From Kiritimatiellia bacterium (GTDB lineage Bacteria; Verrucomicrobiota; Kiritimatiellia; RFP12; JAAYLN01), in NCBI GenBank assembly GCA_045603485.1, contig JAZUMF010000028.1, positions 6,652 through 70,651 of the forward strand: 64,000 bases of DNA, given 5' to 3'. The notes under the pieces were generated by a model that did no database searches, was not told where the DNA came from, and saw only the letters and a program-made list of their open reading frames with translations. Below are positions 9,050 through 19,754 of this stretch, piece after piece (the first letter of the stretch is position 1; each line of letters opens with the position of its first letter). The translations under genes and the position numbers were made by a program.

Positions 9050-10234
9050 ATGAACAAAATCGTTGTGTCTTTAGTGGCTGCCTTGGGATTGGCCTTTTCT
9101 TTTGATTTGTTTGCTCAGACTGCCTCGCAATATAAGAGTAAGTCAACATATAATTCATCAACATATAAGTCTGTTCGCACACCAGGTGCCTCTGTCGGCG
9201 TGAATGGGGCTTCGGCTAAGCAGAGAACAGGTTACGGAAATAAGAAAGGTAATGTTTCGGCAAAGCCCGCTTTGCGTCCTAACCGTACTCCTGTCTCAAA
9301 GTCGGGACCGCGCCCTCGTCCTGCTAAGTTATTGCCTAAGGCGTTTGCTAAATGTCGCACTGCCGATGCCGAGTATTTTCAGATAGCTCCTGGTGTTGAG
9401 TATTTCAGCTTTTATTTCGATAACCTTTTCGGCAATGGGAATCAGATTTATTTTCTGAAGATTGATCTTGAAAACAAGAATAATGGTGTGCATCTTGCCG
9501 TTCATCATAACATTGATAGTCCTGTCAGGCTTCAGCGTACTAGTGATGTGGCTGCGCAATACAATGCCTTGGCAGCTCTTAACGGAACCTTTTTTAACAT
9601 AAATGATCAGCCGCACAATCCTTGGTATTTTGTTAAGATGAACGGAAAAAAGGCTGGTAATGGTGGCGGCGGTTCCGGAGGTATTGCCTTTAACGATGAT
9701 TTGTCGAGTGTATATGTCGGTAAGTATAACCGTGAGGTTTTTGATAAGAGCCGTTTTGTCATTTGCGGTCATCCTCTTTTGATTGATAACGGAACTTCAA
9801 AGTTTGAAGATGCGGTCAAGGATGCAACGGAGCGTCATCCCCGTACATTTGTGGGTACGACTCCGGATAACTATCTTTTCTTTGTTGTGTGTGAGGGAAG
9901 GCGTAAGGAATGTGCCGGTATGAACAACTGGGAGATGATGAAGTTCCTTGAGATGCTCGGTTGCGATAATGGCTTTAATCTTGACGGCGGCGGCTCTTCG
10001 ACGATGGTTGTCCGCGAGGCGGCTATGTCAAATAAGCGGGCTCCAATTCAAACGACTCGTTTTAAGTCTTCTCAGAAGAAGAAGGCGAAGCCGATGGCTG
10101 TAAAGATGGTCAGCCGTTCTAGTGACGGTCCTAAGGCAGAGCGTGCCGTTGTTAATCAGGTCCTGATTTTGGATGACAATTCTTATATTCCGCCGAATAT
10201 AAAAAATTTTGGCGATATGGCCGAAGTGAAATAA
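9050..10234 (+). CDS. phosphodiester glycosidase family protein (NAGPA-like, DUF2233) with signal peptide
   Basis: ATG at 9050 (the ORF track starts at TTG 9035); signal peptide MNKIVVSLVAALGLAFSFDLFAQ; C-terminal HPRTFVGTTPDNYLFFVVCEGRR...GFNLDGGGSSTMVV is typical of the phosphodiester glycosidase domain. Confidence 0.7.
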   Translation: MNKIVVSLVAALGLAFSFDLFAQTASQYKSKSTYNSSTYKSVRTPGASVGVNGASAKQRTGYGNKKGNVSAKPALRPNRTPVSKSGPRPRPAKLLPKAFAKCRTADAEYFQIAPGVEYFSFYFDNLFGNGNQIYFLKIDLENKNNGVHLAVHHNIDSPVRLQRTSDVAAQYNALAALNGTFFNINDQPHNPWYFVKMNGKKAGNGGGGSGGIAFNDDLSSVYVGKYNREVFDKSRFVICGHPLLIDNGTSKFEDAVKDATERHPRTFVGTTPDNYLFFVVCEGRRKECAGMNNWEMMKFLEMLGCDNGFNLDGGGSSTMVVREAAMSNKRAPIQTTRFKSSQKKKAKPMAVKMVSRSSDGPKAERAVVNQVLILDDNSYIPPNIKNFGDMAEVK

Positions 10235-10262
10235 TTTGTCTGTCTTTTTGCGAGGTTTGAAA

Positions 10263-11327
10263 ATGAAAGTGTGCTTTATTCCTGAGGTCGGCAATTCCTA
10301 CAAGGCTAATCTTCACTGCCACTCGACTCTTTCTGATGGCAAGTTGACTCCTGAGCGTATAAAGGAGATTTATAAGGCCCACGGATATTCAATTGTTGCA
10401 TTTACGGATCACGAGATTATATACGATAATTCGCATTTGACTGATGATGGCTTTCTTGCTATTACGGGGTGCGAGCTTGCGGCGGTAGGCCCAGGCGATA
10501 CGGGCGTTCCTGGTCATTTTCCTGATCGAAAGTGTGTGCATATCAATCTTCTTGCTCCTGATGCTCATGCTATAACGAATGTCTGTTATGATCCTGAGTG
10601 GTCTAAGTGGTGCGATAAAAAGAATATTCGTTATACGGTTCCTTATTATGGTGAGGTGGTTAAACGCGAGAATACGACCGCCTGGGTTAATCGTGTTATC
10701 AGCGAGGCGGAGGAGCATGGCTATCTTGTTGCATTAAACCATCCTGTCTGGTCTGCTCAGAATTATGATGATTACAAGGGCTATAAGGGGCTCTGGGGCC
10801 TGGAGGTCTTTAATAGCGGCTGCAATCGTTTGTGTCTTACCGATACTACGGTGGTCTATGACCAGCTTCTGCGTCTTGGAAAGACGATTTTCCCTATTGC
10901 CGCTGATGATAATCACGGAGGCGAGGAGCATTTGGATAAGCCTTCCGGCGACATGTGCAGGGGCTGGACTGTTGTGAAGGCAAGGAGTTTGGATTATCAA
11001 ACTATTTTTGCCGCACTTAAGAATGGTGACTTTTATGCTTCGACGGGACCGGAAATCAAGTCTGCTTATGCGGAAGACGGTGTAATACATATTGAGTGCA
11101 GTGATGTGCGCCGTATATGGGTAAATAGTTCCAGTTCCGCAAGTCTTTTTGCTTATCCTGAGAATGAGGGAGAGACGATTTCTTCAGCGGACTTTGTCTT
11201 TGCTTCTAAGGATGAGGAGGGTAAGTGGATTTCAAAGTTGCCTGGATATGTACGCATAACGGTTGAGGATGTCTTTGGCCGTCAGGCATGGACTAAGGCC
11301 GTCTTGGTTGAGGATTTGCTTCGCTGA
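10263..11327 (+). CDS. PHP-domain metal-dependent phosphoesterase
   Basis: N-terminal ANLHCHSTLSDGKLTPE ... FTDHE has PHP-family histidine motifs; ATG at 10263 preceded by GAGG. Confidence 0.65.
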   Translation: MKVCFIPEVGNSYKANLHCHSTLSDGKLTPERIKEIYKAHGYSIVAFTDHEIIYDNSHLTDDGFLAITGCELAAVGPGDTGVPGHFPDRKCVHINLLAPDAHAITNVCYDPEWSKWCDKKNIRYTVPYYGEVVKRENTTAWVNRVISEAEEHGYLVALNHPVWSAQNYDDYKGYKGLWGLEVFNSGCNRLCLTDTTVVYDQLLRLGKTIFPIAADDNHGGEEHLDKPSGDMCRGWTVVKARSLDYQTIFAALKNGDFYASTGPEIKSAYAEDGVIHIECSDVRRIWVNSSSSASLFAYPENEGETISSADFVFASKDEEGKWISKLPGYVRITVEDVFGRQAWTKAVLVEDLLR

Positions 11328-11372
11328 TTTCTTCTTTGGTAGTTTGAATTTACAGGCTTGAGATTTTTCTCG

Positions 11373-12002
11373 ATGATTGAAAAAACAGATAGAGCATTGA
11401 TTATAGGTGCTTCGGTGGCTGCTGCTTATGCGGCCTTGCAGTTGGTGTCGAATGTCGCTTCTTTGAAGGTCGGCTTGGTCTTTGGTCTTGCTGTTGATAT
11501 GGGAACATTTTGCTATCCATTTACCTTTACATTGAGGGATTTGGCACACAAGACGCTTGGGATAAAGGCTGTCACCGCTCTTGTCTGGGTTTCGGCAGGA
11601 ATTTGTTTGTTTGCGTCAGGCTATTTTGCACTTTGTGCGCTTGCGCCTTCAGTCGGAGGTGACGATAGCGCAGTGCAATTCTCGGCAGTGCTTTCACCTA
11701 TGTGGAGGCTTGTGCTTGCGTCTATTACCGCTATGGTTGTGAGTGAGCTTGTCGATACCCGGATTTATCAATGGTATGTGAATAGGTCTTATCGGCATCA
11801 GTGGGGGCGGGTGGCATTATCAAATGCCGTGTCGATTCCAATAGACAACTTGATTTTTTCGGTTGCGGCTTTTGGTTGGGTTTTGCCTTGGAATGAGGTT
11901 TTTCAAATCTTTATCTTTAATTTAATAGTCAAGGTTGTTGTAGGTTTTGTCGGTATTCCTTTAATCTATACAGTTCCTGAAAAGATTAATGATAGAAGCT
12001 GA
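11373..12002 (+). CDS. YhhQ/VUT-family queuosine-precursor transporter
   Basis: Multi-pass membrane protein; VDTRIYQW...IPIDNLIFSVAAFGW is characteristic of YhhQ (DUF165); ATG at 11373. Confidence 0.7.
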   Translation: MIEKTDRALIIGASVAAAYAALQLVSNVASLKVGLVFGLAVDMGTFCYPFTFTLRDLAHKTLGIKAVTALVWVSAGICLFASGYFALCALAPSVGGDDSAVQFSAVLSPMWRLVLASITAMVVSELVDTRIYQWYVNRSYRHQWGRVALSNAVSIPIDNLIFSVAAFGWVLPWNEVFQIFIFNLIVKVVVGFVGIPLIYTVPEKINDRS

Positions 12003-12024
12003 AATTTTGATATAATGGTTTGCT

Positions 12025-13461
12025 ATGTCTTTAATAATTAAAAATCAGGTAGTAAGTATCGTTAGGGCCTTTGCTGTAGCGGCAATCGTCCTTTGTGCAT
12101 CTGTCGCGTTGTGTGACAATGGCTCTGATGTCGTTACAACAAACCTTACTGATTGTACTTTAACCGCAGAGCAAGCTATTGACGGTGCTGTGTCGGGCTT
12201 TGACTTGGATTCCATTGCCGTTGCTATGGATTGCCAACCATCGAGCCTTCGCAAAGGTATTCAGTTGACGCAGCAGATTTCAGGCGTCGTTTTTTCGTTT
12301 TTGATTGTTTTAATGCTTATATTGTCTAATATAGACCATAGGCATCCCAGGCGTTTGAAGGAGCAAAAGCCTGTAAGTATTGTTGTACCGTGTTATAATG
12401 ATGGCGTTTCTGTCGGTGATACTATTGTGAGCGTCTTTCGGACATATCCCGCTGACATGGTTGATTTAATTGTAATCAACGATTGCAGTAAGGACAACAG
12501 CCTTGAGCGTATTAAGGAGTTTCAGAAAAAATATCCTTTCAGAATTGTTGACAACGAATGCAACAAAGGTAAGGCCAAGAGCTTGAATGATACAATTCCG
12601 CTTGCCAAATATGAGTATGTCCTTTGTTTAGATGCCGATACGCTTTTAAACAAGCCTGCTCTTTTTGATATGGTAGCGAGAATGGATAACGACCAAAGGC
12701 TTGGTGCTGTGTCATGCGCTTATCGCCCCAGGAATAAAGGGTTTCTTCCGATACTTCAAGCCGTTGAATACAGTATGCTCCTTTTAACGCAAGGTGCTCA
12801 TAATTTGACATCGGCAATGGCACTTTGGGGTGGCTGCCTTATGGTTCGTAAAACTGCTTTTGATGAAGTGGGCGGGTTTTATCTTAACGCTATAACAGAG
12901 GATGTAGATTTGGCATTTCGCATGAACAGGCATCATTGGCGCGTGGAGCAAAGTTTTAGAGCTGTTCGCAGTTTAGTCCCGCATACTTTTAAGGCATGGG
13001 TGCGTCAAAAGCTTAGATGGACTTCTGGCGGTACTCAATGCTATTATCGTCACATCCCTGTGTGGATAAAGAATCCTATTCAGATTTTCTTTATTTTTTC
13101 ATACAGTTTCCTTTTGGCGTCAACTATCCCAACTCTTTTTGACAGGATTGAAATTATGCAAAGTTTTGATGCCACATGGAGTGGGTCGCAGTCTTTTTGG
13201 CAAAACCTTATCGCGGTCAATACGGCAGTCGGTGCCGATGTCTTTCGCCGTTTGATGGGAATCGGGCTTTGCTATATTCCTTCATTTATTTACATAATTC
13301 CAATGGTGCGTACTTGGTGTGACATTTGGAAGTTTATCCTCGTAGTTCCTTTCTCGTTGCTTTATTTCCCCGCCTATATGGTTGTTTCGCTCTGCGGAAT
13401 GGTGATAGGAATCCGCAGCCTTTTGGTTCCCAAAAACAAGGACACTCAAGGGTGGGCTTAA
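12025..13461 (+). CDS. processive family-2 glycosyltransferase (PgaC/NodC/cellulose-synthase-like)
   Basis: VVPCYNDG, DCSKDNS, CLDADT (DxD), EDVDLAFR and QKLRWTSGG (QxxRW) motifs, plus N- and C-terminal TM segments. Confidence 0.8.
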   Translation: MSLIIKNQVVSIVRAFAVAAIVLCASVALCDNGSDVVTTNLTDCTLTAEQAIDGAVSGFDLDSIAVAMDCQPSSLRKGIQLTQQISGVVFSFLIVLMLILSNIDHRHPRRLKEQKPVSIVVPCYNDGVSVGDTIVSVFRTYPADMVDLIVINDCSKDNSLERIKEFQKKYPFRIVDNECNKGKAKSLNDTIPLAKYEYVLCLDADTLLNKPALFDMVARMDNDQRLGAVSCAYRPRNKGFLPILQAVEYSMLLLTQGAHNLTSAMALWGGCLMVRKTAFDEVGGFYLNAITEDVDLAFRMNRHHWRVEQSFRAVRSLVPHTFKAWVRQKLRWTSGGTQCYYRHIPVWIKNPIQIFFIFSYSFLLASTIPTLFDRIEIMQSFDATWSGSQSFWQNLIAVNTAVGADVFRRLMGIGLCYIPSFIYIIPMVRTWCDIWKFILVVPFSLLYFPAYMVVSLCGMVIGIRSLLVPKNKDTQGWA

Positions 13462-13488
13462 CCGCGACGATACTTTTAGAGGCTAGTC

Positions 13489-14532
13489 ATGAGTTGCCGT
13501 CGAGTTGTCTTTTTTATTGTGGCGGGATTTTTTTTGGTGTCGGCCTTTGTTTATGGAGCCGGTTCTGAGGTTAAGGGTATGGATAAGCCTGTCGTCGTTA
13601 AAATAAAAAGTACTCTTGATGGTAGTGACTGCCCTACATATTTTTATGTGCCAGAAGTTGATGACGGAGCCAAGATTCCATTGCTTGTAGCCCTTCATAC
13701 ATGGAGCTATGATTATCAGGCACGGGAACCTCGCGAGTGGGCATTTAATGAATGCCGCAACCGAAAATGGGCGATGCTTCATCCGGATTTCCGCGGACCG
13801 AATAGTTCGCCAAAGGCTTGTGGGTCGGATTATGCGGTACAGGATATTCTTGACGCCGTCGAATTTGCTAAAGCAAATGCTCCGATTGATACCAATCGCA
13901 TATATCTTATCGGTATGTCTGGCGGCGGAATGATGTCTTTACTTATGGCGGGAAGGCATCCTGATATTTGGGCCGGGGTATATTCCGGTTGTCCTATATC
14001 GGATATTGCCCGTTGGCATAGTGATTCTGTCAGGCTGAAGAATCATGGCTACGCAAAACAGATTGAGGCTGCTTGCGGTGGCAATCCTGCTGATGCAGTT
14101 GAAGAGTACAGGCTTCGTTCACCGCTTACATATTTAGCCGCTGCCCGTAAAAATAAGGTGCATATTCAAATTGCGACGGGTATTCACGACGGTCATATAG
14201 GTTCGGTGCCTGTAGGTCACGCAATCCGCGCTTACAATATGCTTGCTGATGACGGCGATCGAATATCAGAGGATGATATTGCGATAATCGAGCGGGAGCG
14301 TAAGGTTCCTGTTTCATTGCAGTTTGACGGTTCTGACCCATTCTTTGGCCCTAAGCTTGCCATTCACCTGCGCAAGACAAGCGCAAATGTCAGATTGACG
14401 ATTTTTGAAGGCGGTCACAGCGGGAATTTTAATGCAGGTATCGATTGGCTTGCAAGACAACGGCGTGGAAATACGGTTGATTGGACCTTGCCTGCTGTCG
14501 GTGACGGGGCTGAAACGCATGCAACGAAATAA
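13489..14532 (+). CDS. secreted alpha/beta-fold hydrolase (prolyl-oligopeptidase/dienelactone-hydrolase-like)
   Basis: Signal peptide; nucleophile elbow GMSGGG; downstream acid/His region (IHDGHIGSVPVGHA). Confidence 0.6.
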   Translation: MSCRRVVFFIVAGFFLVSAFVYGAGSEVKGMDKPVVVKIKSTLDGSDCPTYFYVPEVDDGAKIPLLVALHTWSYDYQAREPREWAFNECRNRKWAMLHPDFRGPNSSPKACGSDYAVQDILDAVEFAKANAPIDTNRIYLIGMSGGGMMSLLMAGRHPDIWAGVYSGCPISDIARWHSDSVRLKNHGYAKQIEAACGGNPADAVEEYRLRSPLTYLAAARKNKVHIQIATGIHDGHIGSVPVGHAIRAYNMLADDGDRISEDDIAIIERERKVPVSLQFDGSDPFFGPKLAIHLRKTSANVRLTIFEGGHSGNFNAGIDWLARQRRGNTVDWTLPAVGDGAETHATK

Positions 14533-14712
14533 AGGAGCATATTAAAATCTCCATTGTTTCGGATTTTTCGTGATAAAGGTGTCAAAATATTTGAGAGTTT
14601 GATGCAAAATAAAAATAAAATAAAAAAAATTAATATTCTTTTATGTGAAATTCGTTTATAATAATGAGAATTGATTATAAGGTGGCTTTGGTCACTTTTT
14701 GAAAGGTTTGCT

Positions 14713-16422
14713 ATGAGCGAAGAAGAAAACAAAGAAAAATTTGGTGAAATCCTTGATAACGACGAGGGCTTTAAGGGGATGATGAGTCTCTTTAAGGAGA
14801 AGAATTTCTTTCAGAGAATCAAGGGGATTATGGCTGGCTTGTCTATGCCGGCGGATTCTAAGGAGTACAAGGAAGCCCGTACAAACCTTCAGCGCTTGAT
14901 GGCTCCTGTTTTGGCAATAGTCATTCCTTTGATACTTATTCTTCTTCTAGTTGTCCTAGGTAAGTCCGCTGCTAAAAACGAGGTTATTACCGAGGTTGAG
15001 GTCATTGAGGTAGAGGAGGTTGAAGAGCTTGAGGATATCGAAGAGCCTGACCCGCCGGAGACCTTTGATGAGTTTACTCCAACGGATGTTGATTTTACGA
15101 CACCGAATATGACTATGGATGTCGCAGCGCCTGTCGCTCCAGATGTGCCTGTTACTGCACAACCTCAGTCTTTTGATGCTGTAACTCCTATTAAGTCGCC
15201 TGTTATCCTCAAGAACATCTATGGTTCTACCCGTAATCCCGGTATGCGCGGGCAGATGCTTCAGGCAGGCGGCGGCAATGCCAAGACAGAAGCGACTGTT
15301 ATGCGCGCATTGCGTTGGCTTAAGCACCATCAGAATCCAGATGGCTCCTGGCCGCACAACAAGGTGGCAATGACTGGTCTTGCCATTTTGACATATTTGG
15401 CTCATGGCGAGAAGCCCGGCGAGTCGGCTGAATTTGGCGAGACAGTTCAGAAGGGATTGGAGTATCTTCTCTCAGTCCAAAACAAGGCTGGTCTTTATAC
15501 AACCAGCGGTAGCGGTTATGCTCATGCGATTGCGACATACGCAATGTGCGAAGCATACGGCATGACGATGAATCCGAATGTCCGCGAATCTGCCGACAGG
15601 GCACTCAAGATTATCATTGATGGTCAGCATCCGTCGGGAGGTTGGGATTATAACTGGAAGCAGTCAGAGCGCGATGATACATCTGTTATGGGATGGTGCG
15701 CTCAGGCCCTCAAGGCTGGCATAATGGCAGATTTCTACCATGATCCCGAAGCGCTTGACCGTGCATCAAAACTCAGCGTAAAGGGCTTTAAGAAGAATGG
15801 CCGCCCCGATGGCGGTTTCGGATATACAGCCCCCGCCAAAGGTGGCTTGACCGGTGTCGGAGTGCTTTGTATGCAGTTCCACCATGCGGCGAATGATGCC
15901 TATGTAAAGAATTCGCTTGATAATATCATTTATCAGTGGAAGCCAGGTTGGGTCGGCTCTACACCTCAGAATCCTGTAAATAAGAAGCCTGAGGATCTTC
16001 CCCCCGGAACAGTTGGCGGTGCTTGCCCCCAGTATTATTACTATTATGCGACTCAGGCTGTATTCCAGGCCGGCGGCGACAAGTGGAAGAAGTGGAATAA
16101 CGATATGTGGCCTTCGTATGTCGCTGCGCAGTTTATCATTCCCAAGGGGCAGTCCGGTAAGGGCGTTTGCAATTGCGGTCAGTCGCTCTGCAAGAAGAAT
16201 GATAAGCCTTATATTGACCACGAAGGTAACGAGCAGGAGATTGGCCACTGGATTAATACCGATGCTCACGGCGATAGACCAATTATGGATACCTGCCTTG
16301 CGGCACTTCAGATGATGGTTTACTATCGTTATCTTCCAACCTTCGCAAAGGTGAATGTACCTAAGGAGGTCGAAGCAGAAACGACCGACACCGGCGATAT
16401 CGAGATTGACTCAAATCTATAA
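14713..16422 (+). CDS. membrane-anchored prenyltransferase/squalene-oxidase-repeat (alpha-alpha toroid) protein
   Basis: N-terminal TM (LMAPVLAIVIPLILILLLVVLG), acidic linker, then repeats with the QNPDGSW / HPSGGWDY pattern typical of terpenoid-cyclase/prenyltransferase-like repeats; ATG at 14713. Confidence 0.6.
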   Translation: MSEEENKEKFGEILDNDEGFKGMMSLFKEKNFFQRIKGIMAGLSMPADSKEYKEARTNLQRLMAPVLAIVIPLILILLLVVLGKSAAKNEVITEVEVIEVEEVEELEDIEEPDPPETFDEFTPTDVDFTTPNMTMDVAAPVAPDVPVTAQPQSFDAVTPIKSPVILKNIYGSTRNPGMRGQMLQAGGGNAKTEATVMRALRWLKHHQNPDGSWPHNKVAMTGLAILTYLAHGEKPGESAEFGETVQKGLEYLLSVQNKAGLYTTSGSGYAHAIATYAMCEAYGMTMNPNVRESADRALKIIIDGQHPSGGWDYNWKQSERDDTSVMGWCAQALKAGIMADFYHDPEALDRASKLSVKGFKKNGRPDGGFGYTAPAKGGLTGVGVLCMQFHHAANDAYVKNSLDNIIYQWKPGWVGSTPQNPVNKKPEDLPPGTVGGACPQYYYYYATQAVFQAGGDKWKKWNNDMWPSYVAAQFIIPKGQSGKGVCNCGQSLCKKNDKPYIDHEGNEQEIGHWINTDAHGDRPIMDTCLAALQMMVYYRYLPTFAKVNVPKEVEAETTDTGDIEIDSNL

Positions 16423-16526
16423 TTCGCCACATACTGCACCCATTAGGGAATATTTGCCGCGGTGGGTCCGCGGCAAATTTTTTTCAAAGAATAACGATTT
16501 TTACCTAAAACAAAGAGAGACAACAA

Positions 16527-17422
16527 TGGCAGACAAGAAAAAAGAAATTCTCGTCAATGGCGAGCCCGTTCCACCTTCAGCGATTGAGCATGAGCTTGCG
16601 CGACTTGTGCAGTTCTATTCTCAGCATATGCCGCAAGAAGAGCTGATGAAGCAAATCGATATTCTTCGCGAGCGTGCCATTCAGCAGGCGATTGGCTCAA
16701 AGCTTCTTTTCCAAGAGGCTGAAAAGCTCAATATTGAGGTTCCAGATGAAGATGTCGAGAAGAGCCTTTTTGCAATGGCAAGAGAACTCGGCGGCATGGA
16801 CAAGCTCCGCGAGCAGCTCAAAAAGCAGGGTCGCACAGAGGCTATCTTCCGCGAAGAGATTCGTCGCGGACGCCGCGTTGATATTCTTGTACAGCAGATT
16901 GTTTCCGAGGCCGCGGAGCCTACTGAAGAAGAGGCCCGTGAGCATTTTGAGGCACACAAGGATGAATACGCCAAGCCAGAACGCGTTTTGGCGCAGCACA
17001 TTCTTATCACTCCTAAGGATAAGTCTGAAGAGGCTGCAAAGGCTGCCCGTGAGGAACTTTTGGCTATCCGCGAACGCGTAATCGCCGGTGCTGATTTCGG
17101 TGATGAGGCAACAGCGCACAGCGCATGCCCAAGCGGCAAGAACGGCGGTAGCCTCGGTTGGTTCTCACGCGGTATGATGGTGCCTCCATTTGAGAAGGCC
17201 GCCTTTGAGATGAAGGTCGGTGAGGTTTCTGATATTATTGAAACGCAGTTTGGCCTCCACCTTATTTATAAAACCGACCATGAAGAGTCTTCTTCCGTTG
17301 AATTTGAAGAGGCACGCGATAATATTCGCGATTTCCTCTATCATAGCAAGCGCGGTGAGATGCTTGCCCAGCATGTTACCAAACTTCGCGAGGCTGCAAC
17401 GGTAGAGATGCCAGAGGCATAA
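16527..17422 (+). CDS. parvulin-type peptidyl-prolyl cis-trans isomerase (PpiC/SurA/PrsA-like)
   Basis: C-terminal rotamase domain AQHILI ... GGSLGWFSRGMMVPPFEKAAFEMKVGEVSDIIETQFGLHLI; ATG at 16527. Confidence 0.75.
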
Positions 17423-17455
17423 TTTGTACATACACAAAATTTAAGGATGTGACTT

Positions 17456-19720
17456 ATGGAGAGGCTCAAGGAGACAGCTAAAGAACTATGGAATTTTTTC
17501 CGCGCGGCAGGCGTTTTGCAGGCTGTGGTTGATGGTAAAGCATTTCGCAGTCTAAAGGATTTGCCCGATGAGAATTGGGCCGTCCTTAGCTGTCCTACCG
17601 CGGGCTTGAACTTTGATGCGAAGACCATTTCTTTTATTGATGACAATAATGACGGTCATATTCGCATTGCCGAAGTTCTCAAAGCCATCGATTGGCTTAG
17701 CCTCCGTCTAGGCAATATGGACGGTCTCCTTGCGAACTCCGATGTCGTTTCCCTTTCAGCATTCGCCGATACGCCGGAGGGCAATGAGCTTAAAATGGTC
17801 GCTCAGTCCCTTCTTGCCACAATCGGCAAGGCCGACGCTACCGAAATATCGCTTGCAGATGTAATGTCTCGTCAAGCGACATTTTTGGCGGCAGAATTTA
17901 ATGGCGATGGTGTACTTGTCCCCGGGCCGATTAAGGACGATGCGAAAGCCAAGCTTTTTGCAGATATTATTGCCACAACCGGCGGAGTAAACGACCGCAG
18001 CGGCGTAAAGGGCGTAGATAAGGCTACCATCGAAGCTTTTTATGGCGCGTGCAAGAGCCATCTTGAGTGGATTGAAAAGGGAAGGGTCGAGGCCGATACG
18101 ATTCAACCCTTGGGCGATGCTACAGAAGGTGCCGTCGCTGCTCTTGAGGCGGTTCGCGCAAAGGTTGAAGACTATTTCCACCGTTGCCGTCTGGTTGCCT
18201 TTGACAGCACTGCATCGAAGCCCCTAAATCGCAGCGAGGCCGATTATGCCGCCATCGCTCAGGATGATATGGCAAAGGCCGCCGATGCCATTGCTGCCTT
18301 CCCGATATCCCGAATAGAGGCAGGGGCTCCATTACGCCTGCGTGAAGGGGTGAATCCCGAGTGGAGCCAACGCCTTGCCGCCTTTGCCGATAAGGTCGCA
18401 TCGCCACTTTTGGGTAAGACATCCGATGTAATTACAGAAGAGGATTGGCGTACCGTTTGCGACAAGCTTAATCCATTTATAAAGTGGAAGGGCAGCATTG
18501 CCGGCGCAAATGTGGCTTCTTTAGGCGAGGCTCGCATTAAAGAGCTTTTGGCTGACGGTGCCACAAAGGATGCTATCTTGGCTCTTATCGAAAAGGATTT
18601 GGCGTGTTCCTCTGAAATTGCCCATCTTGATGACTTGGAGAAATTTGTTAGACTTCACGCAAATATCAACCGCTTCCTCAACAACTTTGTGAATTTCTCC
18701 GATTACTATAATCCGGAGAGAGAAGAAATTTACAGAGCCGGTCGCCTTTATATCGACGGACGCGTTTGCAAAGAATGTGTTTATGTTGATAATATGGCGG
18801 CACACGCGACTCTTGCCGCTTCAAGTAAAATTTTCTTGGCTTATTGCAATATTACCCGTCCGCAAACAGGAGAAAAGCGCGTTATTTGCGCTGCTGTCAC
18901 GGCAGGCTTCGCATCTACAATCTGGGTCGGGCGCAACGGTATCTTTTATGATGCGAAGGGAAATGATTGGAATGCCGTAGTCGTTAAGATTTGCGACTGC
19001 CAGATTAGCCTTAAAGAAGCCTTCTGGGCTCCATGGCTTAAGATTAGCGATTTGATAGGGGCTCAGGTCAAGAAGCTCCTTTCAGCTCAGGAAACTGCGA
19101 TGATGGGGGCAGCCACAACCAAGGTCTCTTCATCGATTCCCGCTACACCGCCAGCGGCTCCGGTTGCAGACCAAAAGCGCGATGGCGCGGCAATGGCATC
19201 ATCGGTTGCCGCCGTCGGTATCGCAATCGGTATTATAGGCTCTGCAATCGGCGGACTGATTTCAGCCATCAAGGGTGTTTCCTTTATGCAAGGCATTCTT
19301 GGTGTTGTTGCCGTCTTTTTGATTGTTTCAGGACCTGCTGTAATCTTGGCATGGTTCAAGATTCGCGCCCGTGATTTCGCTCCCGTCCTTAACGCTTGCG
19401 GATGGGCTATCAATAAAAAGATGCGTATGCCGCTTCGCTTGAGCAATGTCTTCACTTATGAAGCCGTAATACCGATTGACTCAAAGATTGAGATGCACGA
19501 CCCCTATAAAGAAAAGCATTTCTGGCGCAAGACGCTAATCGTCACAGTTTTGCTTGCTCTGATTTACGGGTGGGTTTGGTGGTTCCACAGCGAGTGGCTC
19601 CCTGAAAATTTGCGTCGCAAATGTCCTGTCGAGAAAGAAAAGGTTGAATGTGTTGAAAAGGCTGTTGCTCCAGAGGCGGAGCCAGCCTCGGCTCCCGCTC
19701 CCGCGGCTGATGCAAAGTAG
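17456..19720 (+). CDS. hypothetical 754-aa protein with a large soluble N-terminal region and C-terminal transmembrane helices
   Basis: Long ORF; no recognisable domain; C-terminal hydrophobic segments (VAAVGIAIGIIGSAIGGLISAI, GVVAVFLIVSGPAVILAWF, LIVTVLLALIYGWVWWF). Confidence 0.5.
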   Translation: MERLKETAKELWNFFRAAGVLQAVVDGKAFRSLKDLPDENWAVLSCPTAGLNFDAKTISFIDDNNDGHIRIAEVLKAIDWLSLRLGNMDGLLANSDVVSLSAFADTPEGNELKMVAQSLLATIGKADATEISLADVMSRQATFLAAEFNGDGVLVPGPIKDDAKAKLFADIIATTGGVNDRSGVKGVDKATIEAFYGACKSHLEWIEKGRVEADTIQPLGDATEGAVAALEAVRAKVEDYFHRCRLVAFDSTASKPLNRSEADYAAIAQDDMAKAADAIAAFPISRIEAGAPLRLREGVNPEWSQRLAAFADKVASPLLGKTSDVITEEDWRTVCDKLNPFIKWKGSIAGANVASLGEARIKELLADGATKDAILALIEKDLACSSEIAHLDDLEKFVRLHANINRFLNNFVNFSDYYNPEREEIYRAGRLYIDGRVCKECVYVDNMAAHATLAASSKIFLAYCNITRPQTGEKRVICAAVTAGFASTIWVGRNGIFYDAKGNDWNAVVVKICDCQISLKEAFWAPWLKISDLIGAQVKKLLSAQETAMMGAATTKVSSSIPATPPAAPVADQKRDGAAMASSVAAVGIAIGIIGSAIGGLISAIKGVSFMQGILGVVAVFLIVSGPAVILAWFKIRARDFAPVLNACGWAINKKMRMPLRLSNVFTYEAVIPIDSKIEMHDPYKEKHFWRKTLIVTVLLALIYGWVWWFHSEWLPENLRRKCPVEKEKVECVEKAVAPEAEPASAPAPAADAK

Positions 19721-19754
19721 TATGGAGCTGTAAAAGCCTCACGGAGGCTCTTTG

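Noticed and set aside
16681-17139. 152-aa and 140-aa minus-strand ORFs inside the PPIase gene
   Set aside because: Antisense to a confidently assigned parvulin gene, with no independent support.
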